Shown: positions 13,401-28,685 of the stretch, piece by piece | Layout of the letters: every line of letters begins with the position of its first letter | Position numbering within the stretch: the first letter of the stretch is position 1 | DNA from: Antedon mediterranea | Lineage: Eukaryota; Animalia; Echinodermata | Length of the DNA stretch: 64,000 nt | Direction: 5' to 3' | Assembly (NCBI RefSeq): GCF_964355755.1 | Contig: NC_092671.1 | Span: forward strand, 8,308,001-8,372,000 | Translations under genes and position numbers: made by a program | Notes under the pieces: generated by a model | What the model was told of the DNA's origin: nothing | What the model saw: the letters and a program-made list of their open reading frames with translations, nothing else | The model's database searches: none

Positions 13401-16400
13401 AACATTATGACTAAATACGGTACCCCTATTTACGTAATATTAATAATATGATTTAAATGATGAAAACAATTAATTATTATTACAGTAAAAATAATGAAAC
13501 GGAGACAGTAAAAATCACAATATGTCACATTTCAACCAAGGTTGTTAGATCGCCTTGTTTCAACACATAAGAAAATAATTATGTAAATCCATAGATGTGA
13601 AACGAATTCTAAGAACAAGATCAAAATAGTCTAATTATGGAAAAGAATTTTACCAGTAAAGAAAAAAAATAATATGTAAATGTTAATATACGCTAATAAA
13701 GATATTAACCTCATGTCACGAACATGCGAAAACACTTCCGTTAAACATTGATTATTTACGTACACCAGATTAAGTCCATGTTAATTATGAGAATGTTTAC
13801 TGTTCTGACCAATAGGAAATAAACCCACCACTTTGATTGGAAACAGCTCCGAACACAAGTCACAAATCCTTTGGGTAAATTAGTTTTTTTCGTCAAGTTT
13901 CACAATCAAAGTTAGGCTAATTCAAAAAGGATATTAGCAGCATTATTTAAGAGTAAAATAGACGCTAGGAATCATAGCATTAATATATATCACGAAATAT
14001 GGTTTAAAATGAAACGGGGAAGACACATATATCACGATAAATGCAAATTCACAACCGAATATGTTGCATAGTGCGTTTTCACCTGTAAAATAAAAAATGG
14101 AGATTGGTAAATATTTTTACTTACAGAGAGCTATTTTTGGATACTTGAGCAAACGTATTAATAGTTCCATCTCGAAATAAATATATATTTGACAATGTTT
14201 GGAAAGTAGTTTTTACTTAATATTAGTAAAATGATAAATATTTTGGCGTTTCATACGTATTAGACAAAAATCGAAACGTCGACGAGTGGACTAAAATAAA
14301 AAAGACAATAAATACAGACTTGGGGCTAGTCTACACCATCATCTGCAAATTACATGATTGATTAAATGAATTTAAGTCCACCTTAGAAATGAAAATTAAG
14401 ATGATTAAATACATTGATTTTTTTTTGTTCATGTTCGCTTGATATTGTCAACATAATCTGGCTTTAAACGTTTTATTCCAAGTGAGCTGCGAACTGTTCC
14501 CAACACCTTGTCATTTGTTCCTCCTTGTCAGCTAACTTTAAAAATACATCAAACCTTATAAATGTATTGAAAATTGTCTTAAATTACATATCGTTATCAA
14601 TTATGATGACGATAATCTGTGCCTAAAATCTTATTAATGCCAAGACAAACAAAAAGTAATTCCTGGCTTGTATAATTCAAATTATAATTTAGGTTACTGG
14701 TACATCCTTTGTAAAATAACATAGTTCGTAACATTTAGCCAATCAGAATCATTATCAGAAATACTGCGTTGTGATTCGTTATAATGACGCGCGTTAATGC
14801 TAGGTAACGTAATACCGCTCCGCACGGATTGGCACATCAACAACCAATTACAATCGAATACGTTTTAGCTCTCTATCATTGGTTGTACCATGGAGAAATT
14901 ACTTTCTAACTTATTTCTCCGTGGTTGTGTTATTACCTATTCATATAAAAATCATATTCTATATGGTAAATGAATATACGTTAATAAAAGAAAGATGTAG
15001 GTAGCCTAAATAAATCATTTTATCATTTTTCTAAGCTCTGTTTGATTCTTATTTTTAGGATTTTTGTTAACTTCGCCAAAGGTAAAGAATTACATTGGAA
15101 ATCTATGATTGGCAGTTTGGATTAGTCTTTACATATTTTTTGACAAATTGCACATAATGGTTTTAAAATTGACAATTTGATTTCGTGACTTGAAAAATGA
15201 TCAACGGTATACAATACAACCCTTGACCATAATATGACATACACTGAGTCACCATTTTCTTAGCCCAGCTTTGAGACCTTGCATGTATCACTGGGATAAA
15301 CAGGGTCAGACTGGGCTAATTATTAATCATATTTCTGCCCGACCATATTCCATGATTTCCGTCTAACTCAGTTGTTTGTCCATGAGTCTAAAACCCATGT
15401 AGGCATTACAATTCCATCGGCACCTCGATCATTAACACGTCATACAGAACTTATGGAACACAAATTGAGATAGATCTTTTTTAGGAAATTAGGAGCGTAA
15501 TTGCGTCGAGTGAAGCTATGTGTATCCTTAAAATGCTCTTTCCACAAACACATTTCTTTTCTCCTGAGTGCACAATGAGATAAACAATAGAGATTATGCA
15601 ATGAGATATTTCGAATGCTCATTAAAAAAAAATATCAATAGTTCCGTCTTTTTCTGTTGATTCCTTCATTTAACAATTAGACGGAAACTACCAGAAAAGT
15701 AACAAGCAGTTGATTTCGTAACACCGTACCCAGGTCTCAATGTGGATAAAAAAAAAGCAAACAGTGATTGCATTAGTATAACATGTAATAGGCCTAACGT
15801 ACGTAAGCAAAGTATTTAAATTTGGTGTAGTTACCGTATGTTATCTATAAAAAAAAAAGTACAGTATCTACAATATCTATCTATAATACCAGATATATTA
15901 TCTAAATTTCGTTAATTTATACAATGAAACCTCCTAATTTGATAGGTTACACGAACGGATACAATGAATCGGCACAATATTATTATCAACCGCCAGGGCT
16001 CGATTGTATTCTAAGGTGTAAATTCGAGACCATTGCCAAAAAACATCTCAATTTAGTCAAACTAATTCGAATTAATATGAACAGCAGAGGTGTTAATTAT
16101 CCAAGGTAATGAAGTTAATCAATGCTCTGATTAGGGGAGGAACCGTTGAACAACTGACTAACCAATATTGTAGGCAAAACGCCTGGGAATAATATCGGAT
16201 GTTTGTGATGTCGGGCCTGTTGGACATGGTTAATGGTCCTGTTGACTGAATAACCTTGACTTTTAATTTTGCTTTGTCTAGGCCTTAAATATTTTTATAT
16301 TATATCTTCCTCAATTTGAAGAATGAAACTCATGAGTTTTGAGTGGCTAGGAAATGGTACCTTACGGTACTGTAACTCTCCAAGTTTTATGACGTCATGG

Positions 16401-19400
16401 TTTGTTTGTTGTCACTTTAGTAACTCCTCAACCTTAAATCATTCTACCAACTAGGCCTATGTATTGTTTAAATGGAGCATTATAAAACTCTATCAAATAA
16501 AATGATAGAACTTCCAATTCAAACATTATCTATTATTTTTGTTTTATCGGTCGTCATTCAAAAGTATACATTGCATCAATTTGTATTCTATTTTTAAAAT
16601 TTTAAATGAAAATGATTATGAGTAATTTTCGATAACAATACATAAGTCTATGCCTACACAAATACAATAATGAATGAATAAGTTTCCAGAGACATACTGT
16701 CATAATGAAAACTCAAATATATTGATCATTACCACTTAAATAATAGTGATTTTCAATAATTAATAGTAAGCTATACCTTACTCTGATTTTTATCATTTGT
16801 CATATGCAATAAATGTCATGAAAAATGTCACGTCAAAAACTGTTGGTTTGCCGCCGTTTTCACACGACGATTTAATTACGAACCCACAATAGAATAATGA
16901 AGTGGTCAAGGATCTTTATTCTACTTTCCTTATTAAATTTTGAACAAAATAGACGTTTATCTACTTTTGATGGGTGTTCGGGTCAAATCTCCCCCTTATC
17001 GGAAAGCAGTGTATTCACCTGTCTCTGGATGTCTCTTTATATAAGACGCATCCTTCTTTACAAGTTAAACATAATTTTAAATAAAAATATATGCATTAAA
17101 CGATTTCAGTTTCTTTATTATTATATAGGCCATAATGTTTTCAAATTATACCATTTGAACTTAGGTCAATCAATCTATCGAGATATATCAAAGATTAAAC
17201 TTATGATCGTGTGAAATGTAGTCCGGTGGTGAGATATTTTGCTTTCAAGACAACTAAGTTAGGTACTATATCATCGGCATAGCTTAACAGGTCTAACCAT
17301 GGATGCATAAGTGTACACCTCTAATCGAAGCTCGTGAAGCTACCCGGAATAATATGCCTACTAACAGTCAAATCAAGATATTCTAAAACAAAGACTGTGT
17401 AACCCTTAATATAAAACTGTTTTCATTCTTCCTCAAATCTGTAATTATACAATCGAATTAAAAGTAACATTTACCATGATCGGAAACAGAGCTGTGAGAG
17501 ATACGTGCGACAACGTATCCACAAGCTCTGTCCCCAATCATCACTGACAACAAGTTGGGCATTTCCTATTTAAAGCGTTCAATTCAACTTTGTTTAAAAT
17601 CTAATATAGTTATAACGAAATAAGTATTATTTACAATATTGCCTGCTTCTAAGTCGAGGAAATAAATACGTGTAAATAGGAATATTAATAATAAATGACA
17701 TGAAGTTGCTTCCTGCGAATCAATCTCTTAACTTAAAGATACGGCACTGCATTGCGTTTGGCATGAGTCAGACAACCGCGGTGGGACACAAAATACGCGG
17801 CGTTCAAAGGTTGATACTAATAGTATGCACTTAGTACGGGCGCGTAAATTTGGTGTCTCAGAATTAAACAAAACAGAGAAACGTTGATGAAACATAACAG
17901 TATAACGCTCGTGTTCAAAAGTTGTTAATAATAATCAATATATTTACGCGCGCGTAAACTTAGTGTCCCTCACAGGGGAACACTCGTATAAAAAACCTGA
18001 TAAAAGTACTCAGTAAGGAAAATGACAGATCACCGTGGCAGGTTACTTCCTATACACTCTCAGGGAGCTTTCCCCAGGGTATCACATTTTTAAATACGGG
18101 AACTCAATAATCATCTTGGTGTTCAATGATAAATATTTATATGTATATGTATATATATAACTAAAACAAAAATTATTTGGACGTATTTCAAGTTGTGTAT
18201 TACATCCACCTAAACCAATATTCATTTCAAACTCGAAATCAATCAATCTTACGCAATTTGTATTTTGAATCTTTCACCAACAAAAATATGATACATTACA
18301 TTATCGGAAATTATTTATGCTTATCGCATTTCAATACTGGTAATCGAATGGAAACATAAATTGAAGTAGCTGTAAAGAAAAGGGGAAACGTACATCAACG
18401 AAGCGAATTAAGTGTAAAAAGAAAATTCGTTTGATATACCACTACATTGATGTATAAGTATATTATTGCTGAGAAACTTCCTTCACTTATGAAGACCTTT
18501 AGTCCACAACCAAGATTGTAAAGGTCGAGAAAACTTGTTCCATAACACCCAAAAAAACTGGTTAAGCTCGATTATTCGGTTCAAACACGTTGCACGTTTA
18601 TTGCGTGTTGCTGTAGGGTATCACATGAATAATGTTAATGAAATTTCAACCAGATAATTTAATACTGGTAGGCCTCTATTGAATATATAATTCTTAAACA
18701 TTAGCTTAGCTTTTGGACTACATACTGCAGTTTCAAATTAGATAGTTTGATCAATATCATCATAAGCTGTTTTAAATTATATATTTTAAAAAAACTTCTT
18801 GTATATGGAAAGGATATAGATGAAAATCATTATACAGAGCCAAACCCAAAGCAAATAAAGTGGCCACAAAGGTAGTAGGCCTAGGCCCAGAGAGGTTACT
18901 CCTGTGCACTCGGCTCTGTGCCTATATCTCGACAACGAAAGCGCTAAGTCACGCTGGGTTTCTTCGAACGTGTGTCATACACTATCACACGTTTGAATGA
19001 AATTGATTATAATCAAAACCCGATGTTTTTAAATCTATTCATACATTAATGCCAGGCATGTAGAATCAATGTTCTAATAAAAATATACATTTTCTAACAA
19101 AACCAATTTGTTGCCAAATTGACTGACGGAGTGTAAAGTATATGCGCGTACTGGAGAAGGGGAAGCTGTGGTAACGACACGGGAATTAGTCTTTCTCAGA
19201 TTTGTGTAACAATTTGTTTTGGTTATTTTTATTGGCCTACTTAAAGGCGTTTATAAGATTATATTAATGGTTTTGACTCTTACAGATGTTTACATAGAAA
19301 TTACTAATTTGCATCGAAGCGTTGATTACCGGCGTATACTGGTTGACGGGAAGACGTCGCTAGCGATCAGTTGTGCTAACCGCACAAAGTATCAGCGTTT

Positions 19401-19700
19401 AACATCTCACGATTTTCACTTATTAGCCTATATATTGTAATAAGATAACACATGTTAATTACAATTGACAAGTATATTTAAACGAAATTACCTCGGTTAG
19501 TATAATACAGATACCATATTCAATGTTTATTCAGCCAGTCATTAATAACACAGATACAAGTTGTCTGCATGTACTGCATTTTTCTTTTATCTTGTTTTGA
19601 AGCAACCAGACAGTAACATAGGCTAATTTGATGACAGTGAAATTACAGATGCGCAATTCAAACTAACCGACCTAGATAAAACATTTAACGTTCAAGCTTA

Positions 19701-20080
19701 AAGCTTGGTCACACTAGAACGTAACGCAAGAACGTAAACGCAACGCAAGCCTGTTAACCAATGACAAGCGACATTTCGAATAATCCGTCGCTTGTGATTG
19801 GTCAACGTCCTTGCGTTGCATCCCAAAGGACGTAACGCAACGTAAGTGATTTGACCAATCACAAGCGATGGATTATTCGAACAGTGGCTTGACATTGGTC
19901 AACCCGCTTGCGTTGCGCGTACGTCCTTGCGTTTCGTCTGTAGTGGGAACCACGCTTAAGCTTAAGCGACGTTAACGCAACTAGTAACCTAATTTGACCA
20001 ATCACGGCACGATGGATCATCCGAAGTGTCTCTTGTGAAGTCAACAAGCATTGCGCGTACGCAAGTCAGAACCAAACTTA
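19701..20080. mobile_element. MITE family B, composite copies with three core units
   Basis: AAGCTTGGTCACACTAG left end and GTGGGAACCACGCTT right end at about 19958. The core CCAAT..ACAAGCGA..TGATTGG recurs, with a further degenerate half copy to about 20080. Confidence 0.75.
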
Positions 20081-21447
20081 AACCGATTATATTTATGTAT
20101 TGTGATAGATTAACCCTTCTTTTTGTCATCGACAATTTTTATTTTCCGTCTAGTATTTCACCCAAAAAAAAAAACCTGATATCGATCTAAGGTTAGGCCT
20201 ACTACCTTTTTTCATACAGCATGCACCGTCATATCAGCGCTTTAAACACCAAACGTATACTTATAGGCCTGGCTCGTACAAATTGGAATAAATTACGCAG
20301 CCACACTCATCTCAAACAGTATTTTCCTAATGTATACGCTTAAGGCCAATAAAATACAATACATTTAGGGCCATCATCGTTTTCAGACAAAAAAAATCGC
20401 TAAGGGAGAAACGAATGAGGGCAGGCATCCCAGTGGATCGGAAAGCTTTCCAATATTAGGCCCCGAAGGAACTCAAGCACGGTGCTTGAATTGCTAAAAT
20501 ACACCTGCTCAACTATGAAAATTAACCTGCATACCTGTATTAATATTACGTGCCCCAGTTTCTTGCCAGACACATAAGTTTGCACGCGATGAGGCGGAGT
20601 GACGCGAGGTTTCCCGTCGATCTGCCAGGTCTAACTTGATGGGGCTTAAGCTTACGACCAGTAACCATGTGAACTAAAACAGTTTTGATAAAGTCAATTA
20701 TAGTGTATTATCAAAGATCTCAGATATTATAGTTCTATACCACAATATTTTCAAAAGCAATTTCTTTCTTCAGAATTTAACAGAAAAGGTTTTTAGTGAG
20801 AGATCGTAGAACATAATTTTGATTGATGCCAAGACGTTATAATCATGTTTGTGATTAAACTTAAGCCTATCTCAGATGGATTTGGTTTTAATTAACAATA
20901 CTTGCTTCTACTAGTCACTTTATTGTCACGTATAGATATAAATACGATGAATATGCCTACGTTTGTTTTGGTATAGGAGGATGAATCCAGGGCTTAAATA
21001 ATCAATACACGTGAAGTTTTAAACTTTAATTACAGGGCAAAGGAAATATTCATAATCCTAGAACTATTCATACCACTATACTATATTCTACTATGTAATA
21101 TTCGGTCAGAGTTTATTATCGGGTTAGGCATGTGTACATTGTAGCATAGAATACCCCCATTTCATTTCTCGTACACACACTTACCAACCGCAAAGACTTT
21201 AAAACGTACATAAAAAATTGGCTACATAAACTTCAATAAATAAAGGTAAGTGAATACCGGGTATTACCGTTAAATACTTTCGAATTCAAAGATAGGAAAA
21301 GTTGTTACTTATGCCACTATTACAGAGGGGTAAGTAGTGGTCCTCATGTCAAGTAGGGTAGGCCTAATCTGAATTAATTTAGATATTGATGCTTTGGAAT
21401 AGTTCTTCAGTGAGGGCTCGTCTCGTTTTTATACAATTTATAACCGT

Positions 21448-21858
21448 GGGTCTAAATCTTACTAATTATTACTTATTTAACCTTTTAATCTAAGAAAATT
21501 GAAAATATTAAATAATAATATATTCGAAATACTAAAGTTTATTACAAATAAAGAACATTTTTTACTGGTACTCTCGCGTTAGTGTGCTGCATTTATTGTA
21601 TTTCGTACGGTATCATCTTTTAGGATAATCCCAGAACCATCGCATCATTTAAGGGTCTAAATCTTACTAATTAGGCCCTATTATTTATTTAACCTTTTAT
21701 TCAAAGAAAATGTAAAAAATTAAATGTTCAAGTTCTATTCGAAATAATATAGTTTATGGACAAACAACGAACAGTGTTTTACTGTTACGTGACACTGTTA
21801 GTGTGCACATTTATTATAATATAGTATGGCATCTTATCCCAGAACCATCGCATCATTC
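21448..21858. repeat. Diverged tandem duplication of about 205 bp
   Basis: GGGTCTAAATCTTACTAATTA...ATCCCAGAACCATCGCATCATT occurs twice. Confidence 0.85.
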
Positions 21859-22873
21859 AGAATCAGCGACAAAAAGATTTTTGTGTGTGTAAATAAGACA
21901 AGATAAACGATGAAATGTAGGTTATCTGAAACTTAAAATCCTGCTATTCAGCAACCGCAATTTAAAACATTTCCCAGACGAACAAGATGTACAAATAAAT
22001 TACCTGATTTAATGCAACTTCATTAAAATAACATAAACAACAAGCATGTTCCAAATTATATTCCTTGCTTATGTTACTGAATCAAGTATCAGGACTTTCA
22101 ATCTATCCTAGCCTATTAAAATGCATGCCATGTGGAGACGAAACAGGGGCGTTGGACCGGGTTTTTGGCCTATATCGCACCACCCTCAATCAAAGCCGCC
22201 GATCGTGTTAATGTCAGTGAGGATGTAGGGCGCTGAATATGAAGGAAATACCCCTTATCGCAGGTGCCTACGATGATAGAAACTTAACATCCATATGATT
22301 GGATTGTAAGTACGCAAGATGCTGTTGATTTATATTTAACCAACTACCTAAGTACATCACATTAAAATCGAATAAAATGCTTAAGTGTTACACAGGTTTT
22401 AATCGTCGTGTCTCATTACGGTGACACGTGACAGATAGACTCCATCCCCGTACCTGAGATTTCCCAATGACATGAATTTCAATGTTCGATTAAGCGTGTA
22501 ATAACCAATTCCGGAATATTCCTTAACTTGTCTTTAACAAATGGAAATCAATGTGTTTTTTTAATTGAACAAGATGTATTGACAATAGTACTGTAAATGA
22601 ATCATACATTATAGATCTGAATTGTAGGTCGGTTGTATACGACTAACGGTGATGTTGTAGGTCGGAATACTTTCTGTAGCTTTTACGTTATACTGTCACA
22701 GCTAAAGGTACATGACAATTATCTTTACTATGATTACATAATAATTTACTAAAATTGTTAGGCAGAACATGCAGTGTTGTACTTAGTATTTTTTTTATTA
22801 TTAACATAAACATTTCCTTATGATTTTACAAAACAATTTTCATAGCACATTTTATATGAAACAAATTGAACAC

Positions 22874-22977
22874 AGCTCACTATGTCGGTCGGTTGGTCGG
22901 TCGGTTGGTCGGTTTGTCGGTCGGTCGGTAAACACTAACTTAAGCACGCGACTGCAGCCATCTATATGGCCTTGTTT
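22874..22977 (+). mobile_element. Short reverse copy of the DINE-1/HINE-like family
   Basis: TCACTATGTCGGTCGG...AGCACGCGACT...GGCCTTGTT is the reverse complement of the 60099 copy termini. Confidence 0.65.
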
Positions 22978-23249
22978 AGTTTAGCTGTACTTATTTAAGA
23001 AGATAAACATATACATCTTCTAATACGTTATAAAAAAAACAACGAAAACAGCGTCAACATTTTTATTTTTACATTGGCAACGTTATTTAAATATTTAAAC
23101 GTCGCGTTTCTAGAATTAGGGAGCTAAAATAAATCTGTCGGCCTAATAATTAATACTATTTTCGACAGAATTTCGTACCGAACATGATTTTGTCATCGTT
23201 TGAATCCACCTTTAAGTCTGCATTTCGTAAATATATAACGTGTGAATAT

Positions 23250-23341
23250 CACATATATGGACATGATGATGTCATATCACTGCCATATTTGGCCATCTCA
23301 CGCTTTTTTGTCGAACTAGTTTGATAAGTGTAGATAGTGCT
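23250..23341. mobile_element. MITE family A, truncated reverse copy
   Basis: CATATATGGACATGATGATGTCATATCACT...AACTAGTTTGATAAGTGTAGATAGTGCT is the reverse complement of the family A left part. Confidence 0.7.
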
Positions 23342-23617
23342 TTAGACCGAATTCGAGTGTGAATCAGCCTTAGACAATATTGATGAAATAGATATATGAT
23401 GATTATGAAGGCCATAACTGATCACATTTTTGCTCTTAAACTCAGAACCATTACAATGGCGACGATGAGTTAACAAAACACAAATTGTACAACTAATGAA
23501 GTTGATGTTAAAGGCCTACTAAAAAGTTATCGACAATGTGAAGATTCCTACAGCTGAAAATTAGTCATCTATACAGTAATCCTCTCTCTTGATCGAGCCA
23601 CTGAGTTGATAGCTTAA

Positions 23618-24030
23618 AACAACACTGAAGCCTTCCGTTTCTTAGCTATCAACTTGCATGATGTTTTTAAGGGCTTAGGAAAAACATATAAAGTTGGTGG
23701 TATCGATAAAAACACTGACAATTAAGTATAATTCCAATTATTTTATTCAATACGAATATCTGTTCTTTTATTGATTTATTAATAAATATTGTTATATTTA
23801 GGATATAGCACATAATTGATTAAGTTCGACAACAACAACAAAAACAACACTAAAGCCTTCCGTGTCTTAGCTATTAACTTGTATTATGTTTTTAAGGGCT
23901 TAGGAAAACAAAAAATTACGGTCTGTTTTGTATCGATAAAAACACCGAAAATAAAGTATAATTCCAATTATTTTATCTAATACGATATATATCATTTTAT
24001 TGTTTTATTAATAAATATTGTTATATTTAG
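23618..24030. repeat. Diverged tandem duplication of about 225 bp
   Basis: AACAACACT..AGCCTTCCGT..CTTAGCTAT...ATTAATAAATATTGTTATATTTAG occurs twice. Confidence 0.85.
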
Positions 24031-27000
24031 ATCAGTTATAATATTAATTGATTTTGTTCTAATACATTATATATTTAGTCACAAACAATTTATTATGAAT
24101 TATTAGTATACTTTTACACTATTAGGCCTATTACTTTTTAAAATCTTGTATTTGATACTGCTATTGAAATTGTAGATATAGGCCTATTGTTATTTATCGA
24201 CACAATGTTATGTGTTCAATTAAACCGTGCGCCTTGTCTTGACCGTATAGGCCTAATGTATCAAACAAACCGAATAAAAACAATAATAATTTTATAAAAA
24301 AAAACGCTGAAACATATTCCTGCTAATGATTAATTATTAATTTACAAAAAGAGTGTGAATTTTGACAACTTTTTATTTCCGATTGCTTCATTGACTGATA
24401 GTTGGCGCCAGAAATTGCTTTAAAAATGCTTATTCATCAAGTTTTAATCATCCTGAAATGATAATTAAATATTTGAATCATCAACACATCACCTCCTCAA
24501 ATCATGTTCAATAAAAACTCAATCTTTCAACGTAACAATGGGATTTTATTCTGGTTTTAAAAATTTGCATCGCACGCAATAACACCCAAAGATAAATAAC
24601 CTATTGGCGCAGGGTAAGTTTGGATTACGACTTACAGTGTTCCGCCGTCACGCGGTGAAAGATCATTATTTCCGTGTAGCATTTCTATAAGTTCGTACGT
24701 GTTCTTCAGACATGATTTAGGCTTAAGAGTAAAGGAAGCCCGCACCAGAGAAAGTGCGAACTGGGTGTAGTAAATTATTATCACCATAAACAACTTTCTC
24801 CAAGTCATGGTCTTCATTTTACTATAAAAAAACAGTTGGTCCATGAAAACAGAAAGACAGATCAAAATTGCTTAAAAATAATGACTTGGGTTGATCTAAT
24901 AAATATGGAACCTAATTCCAAGCTTAAATCTCACTTTTTATTATTGCTAATTATTCAAGATCAAATTTAGTCACCAACTCGTAAAATTACAAACACTTGT
25001 TAGTGTTTATTAGCTTGAGAAAAATCAAAGAAAGCGACGTTTGTTAAACCTTGGCATTATTAACATATAGATATTATGTGACATTTATTATGTCCTTTAT
25101 TTTAATTGTAATGTTTATGAATCCGGAACCATCGGATAGAACGCCCTCTTTTCATGGGTAAACTTTTTATTACGATGGTTTCGGTGGTTGAGTATGGCGC
25201 AGCACACGACTGATAGACTAGTAATGATTATATATATTTATTTAAATGTACTTTTCTATGTAAGGTAATTTTTTGATTTGATTTTTTTTTAAAGAATGTA
25301 TAATGTATAATTAAATCATGATTAAAGATGATGATTAAGACCCAGCATAGTCATCGTTGTTGCGTTTCCGGGCATCTACCGTGCTTAACTTAGAGACTTA
25401 AGAAGTTAAGTCGCATTATAGTTAACGGGCAAACAAGATTTAATAACATTAGATTGTTTATTTATTGGACAAATATATTGATTGATATCTTACTTATTAA
25501 ATTATCAGTACCGTATTTTAATACGGTACTGATAAATTAATTCCTATTTCATTCTGAATATTATTTAATTTATTCATTTTTATAGTAGGATTTTTGTACA
25601 CAGACATGATATATTGATGAATTATACTAAAATAATTATGTATTATGATAATATATTTCTCTTTGGTACTAACGGTATATTTCTACTAAAGAAAATATGT
25701 AATTTATTAAGGCTATGCTTGTTTTATTAGAATAATTTCATTCAATCACATCATACAAATAGCTTATTAAATGACCAATAACCATGATATAGCTGAACGA
25801 GAGATGTTTTACATTTTTGGAATAACCATTAATATTATTTGACTAGATGAAAATGTTGAGGGTTTGTTATGACAGCATTAAAAATCATACATGTTTAATA
25901 GGATATGGATACAAAAATAGTGTAGGTGATAGGCCTATAGGTTCGAATCAGTATAGGTTTTGAATGTATGAGCCTATATTTCTGCTGCAAACAACTAATT
26001 ATGTATATACATACCGATTCCTACATTGTGTGTGTTTATTATCAATATTAATATTACTATTGGTATATTTCATTAACGTTATTATTATTATTTTCATAGT
26101 AAAGCATATCATTATTATTAATATCGTGATTGTCTATTACACGTGTCGTGTTTAGCCTAACAATATTAATATTTCACTTTCCAGACCTTTATTAATAATC
26201 TAGCGATACGAAAGTTAAAATGTCGAAAGGAAGGAATATATTTCATAAACAGTAAAAATTATCATTGAATTAACACCTGTTTGTGTGCTAGGGAGTTTTG
26301 AAACCGTCAAATGCCGACTTTGTTTACTCGTCCTGTCACCGAACGCCGTGCAGTGATTCTACATGCTTCCCTTGAAGCTAGCCTAAGATTACGAGCAAAG
26401 TTGTGTTTAGCTTTCTATATCAAACCGTATAATAACATAATATTTAAGTATTAAAATATCGCTTTTTCAGTTACGAATCATAACATTTATTTCAAAATGG
26501 GTATTAATTAATGTTATTTTAAATCATTTGAAAGGCACAACATCATTATGGATTGTATACTTGAACTTTGTTCAGTCAGGAAAGAGTTAAATTTCACTCT
26601 TCCCTTGTTCAGATAACGTTTATCTGAAGTGAATAAGAGTGAAATTTTACATATTTATTTGCTATTTATTTAAAATCCATTGCTATATAGTCCTGTGATA
26701 TTAGCCGTACTACTTCCGTGCCTATTTAAACATGTGCGCTTTATTTGGCCGCCGTGGTAGCATAAGTATAGACCTACTTATAACTTTTTTATTTATCACA
26801 GACGCACGATAAGACAAAACAATGACGCTTCTTCTCCCGTTGTTTAAAACCTTTCAGAAGACAATAGAGAATTAACCTTATTTAGTGACCCTCACAGGTG
26901 TTTAGTCTAGACAACATATCTTATTATAGCCTAAGCATTAGAATAATGAAAACCATATTGGAAATTGAAATTCAATTGTATATTTGATATCAAGAATATT

Positions 27001-28080
27001 ATTCATTTAATCGGTAATTTATGAGCTCTGTAACATGTGTCCTTTTTATCCGGTAGCTTCATTTTTATATTTATATATTTTATTAGGATTAATTCGTTGC
27101 GCTCCTTTGTTCATTTATAAGGATAATATCTCTGATATTCATTCAAAGAATAAAATCAAATAACATATTTAAATTTAATTCCACTATGGACCTTTTTGGT
27201 TTTCGTACATGGCTAGTAACACATCTCGACCTTTTCTAGCCAGTGCTATTTACTAATAACAATGCATGATATGCATTTAACAAACATGTTTACATTGATT
27301 AAATAGTACATTCATTTACCTTTGCAAGATTCATCATTTAAAGGAAAGAAACTATATAGAATGTTAAATATAAGTATAGAATGTATACGGGTAAATGCCT
27401 CTTTTTCAATTCATTGGTAATTTAAATTATTGATCTTCATGTAAACTAAATACCGTATAAAATAAATTGCTGTTATGTCATCTTATTGGTAGGCCTCAAC
27501 AGAGAGCTATGCTAGGCTAAACACTAATACCACACCATCAAATGGCAAATGGATGATTCGTAACACGTAATGGACAGAGGCCTCGGGCTCAATTGGAAAC
27601 AGCTCACCAAATTTGGAAAAATGCCTTTAAAAAAAGTGCAATACATTCACAGTAATGAAATTCTTGAAAACAAAATTTATGTTTCTTTAAAAATTAGTGA
27701 TGCTGAAAAGAAAATTCAAATTGATGTTTCAAGGTTAATATTGAATGCGATGAATGATTCGTTCATTTATGTGTGAGTGCGTGATTTTGTAAATATGAAT
27801 GTGGATGAATATTACGATTGGAGAATTCTCTAAAGAAGTAATTTTAAAAATTCAAAGGTGCCCGGACCTCTCTACAATTTCTTGGATTTCCTATGATGAA
27901 TGTTACCGTATTGTTAGCGCGTATGAAATAAACCGATTATACTATTTTTTATAATGTTTAAACGGGTGAAATAGTAACGAATTATATTAGCCTATAAGCA
28001 ATATTATGCTTATCTTTGTTCGGCGTACAGTTTTTAAAAAGAATGGGGAAGGAGCTTTTGAAAATATTTTAGTATCATAA

Positions 28081-28200
28081 AGCTCTGTCTACACTATCAA
28101 ATGTTATGTGAAAAAAAAATGTGCTGTGCTCATAATAATGGACATGATGATGTCATATCACTTTTTTTTGTCAAACTAGTTTGATAGTGTAGACAGAGCT
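28081..28200. mobile_element. MITE family A, reverse copy with internal deletion
   Basis: Perfect TIRs AGCTCTGTCTACACTATCAAA / TTTGATAGTGTAGACAGAGCT; TAA and TTA flanks. Confidence 0.85.
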
Positions 28201-28349
28201 TTATACTTTAGAGGGATGGATAGTTTAGAATCAATGACGAATGAGTAAACACAACAACATTTGAATGGTCAACAAAATTATGAATGAGCATTTTTTGTAG
28301 CACTTCGTCCACTTTTCGGAAGGAAAATTTAGGTAAAAAAAGATTTATC

Positions 28350-28580
28350 CGGACAGTTGAGTCATCGATGACGTTCTGTACATTTGTCCATCGAGGTTTT
28401 TTTAAAAACTAAACTCAACATTTCTTTCACGATGATGACTTAATTTCTCGCTTTAGTTAAAATAGGAATCAAAATAACCGTGACCTGATGGCGCTTGTCA
28501 TCCCCGTTTAGAAGGAAAGGCGCGATTTGCCCTTAAATGAAAGAGTAACCAAACTCAGTCAAGTTACAGCCAATCAAAGC
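28350..28580 (+). promoter_or_regulatory. Putative distal promoter/enhancer
   Basis: TGAGTCA (AP-1) next to GATGACGT (CRE half-site) at about 28358-28374, AGCCAATC at about 28568, and locally raised GC/CpG. Confidence 0.3.
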
Positions 28581-28685
28581 TGAGCTGTCGAGGCAGGAAG
28601 CTAGTGAAACGAATTCATAGGGAGCTTAGTGAAATGCGTCGAGTTAAGTTTTGAAAGTTGGCAAAAATTATGCCATTTGTCTAGG

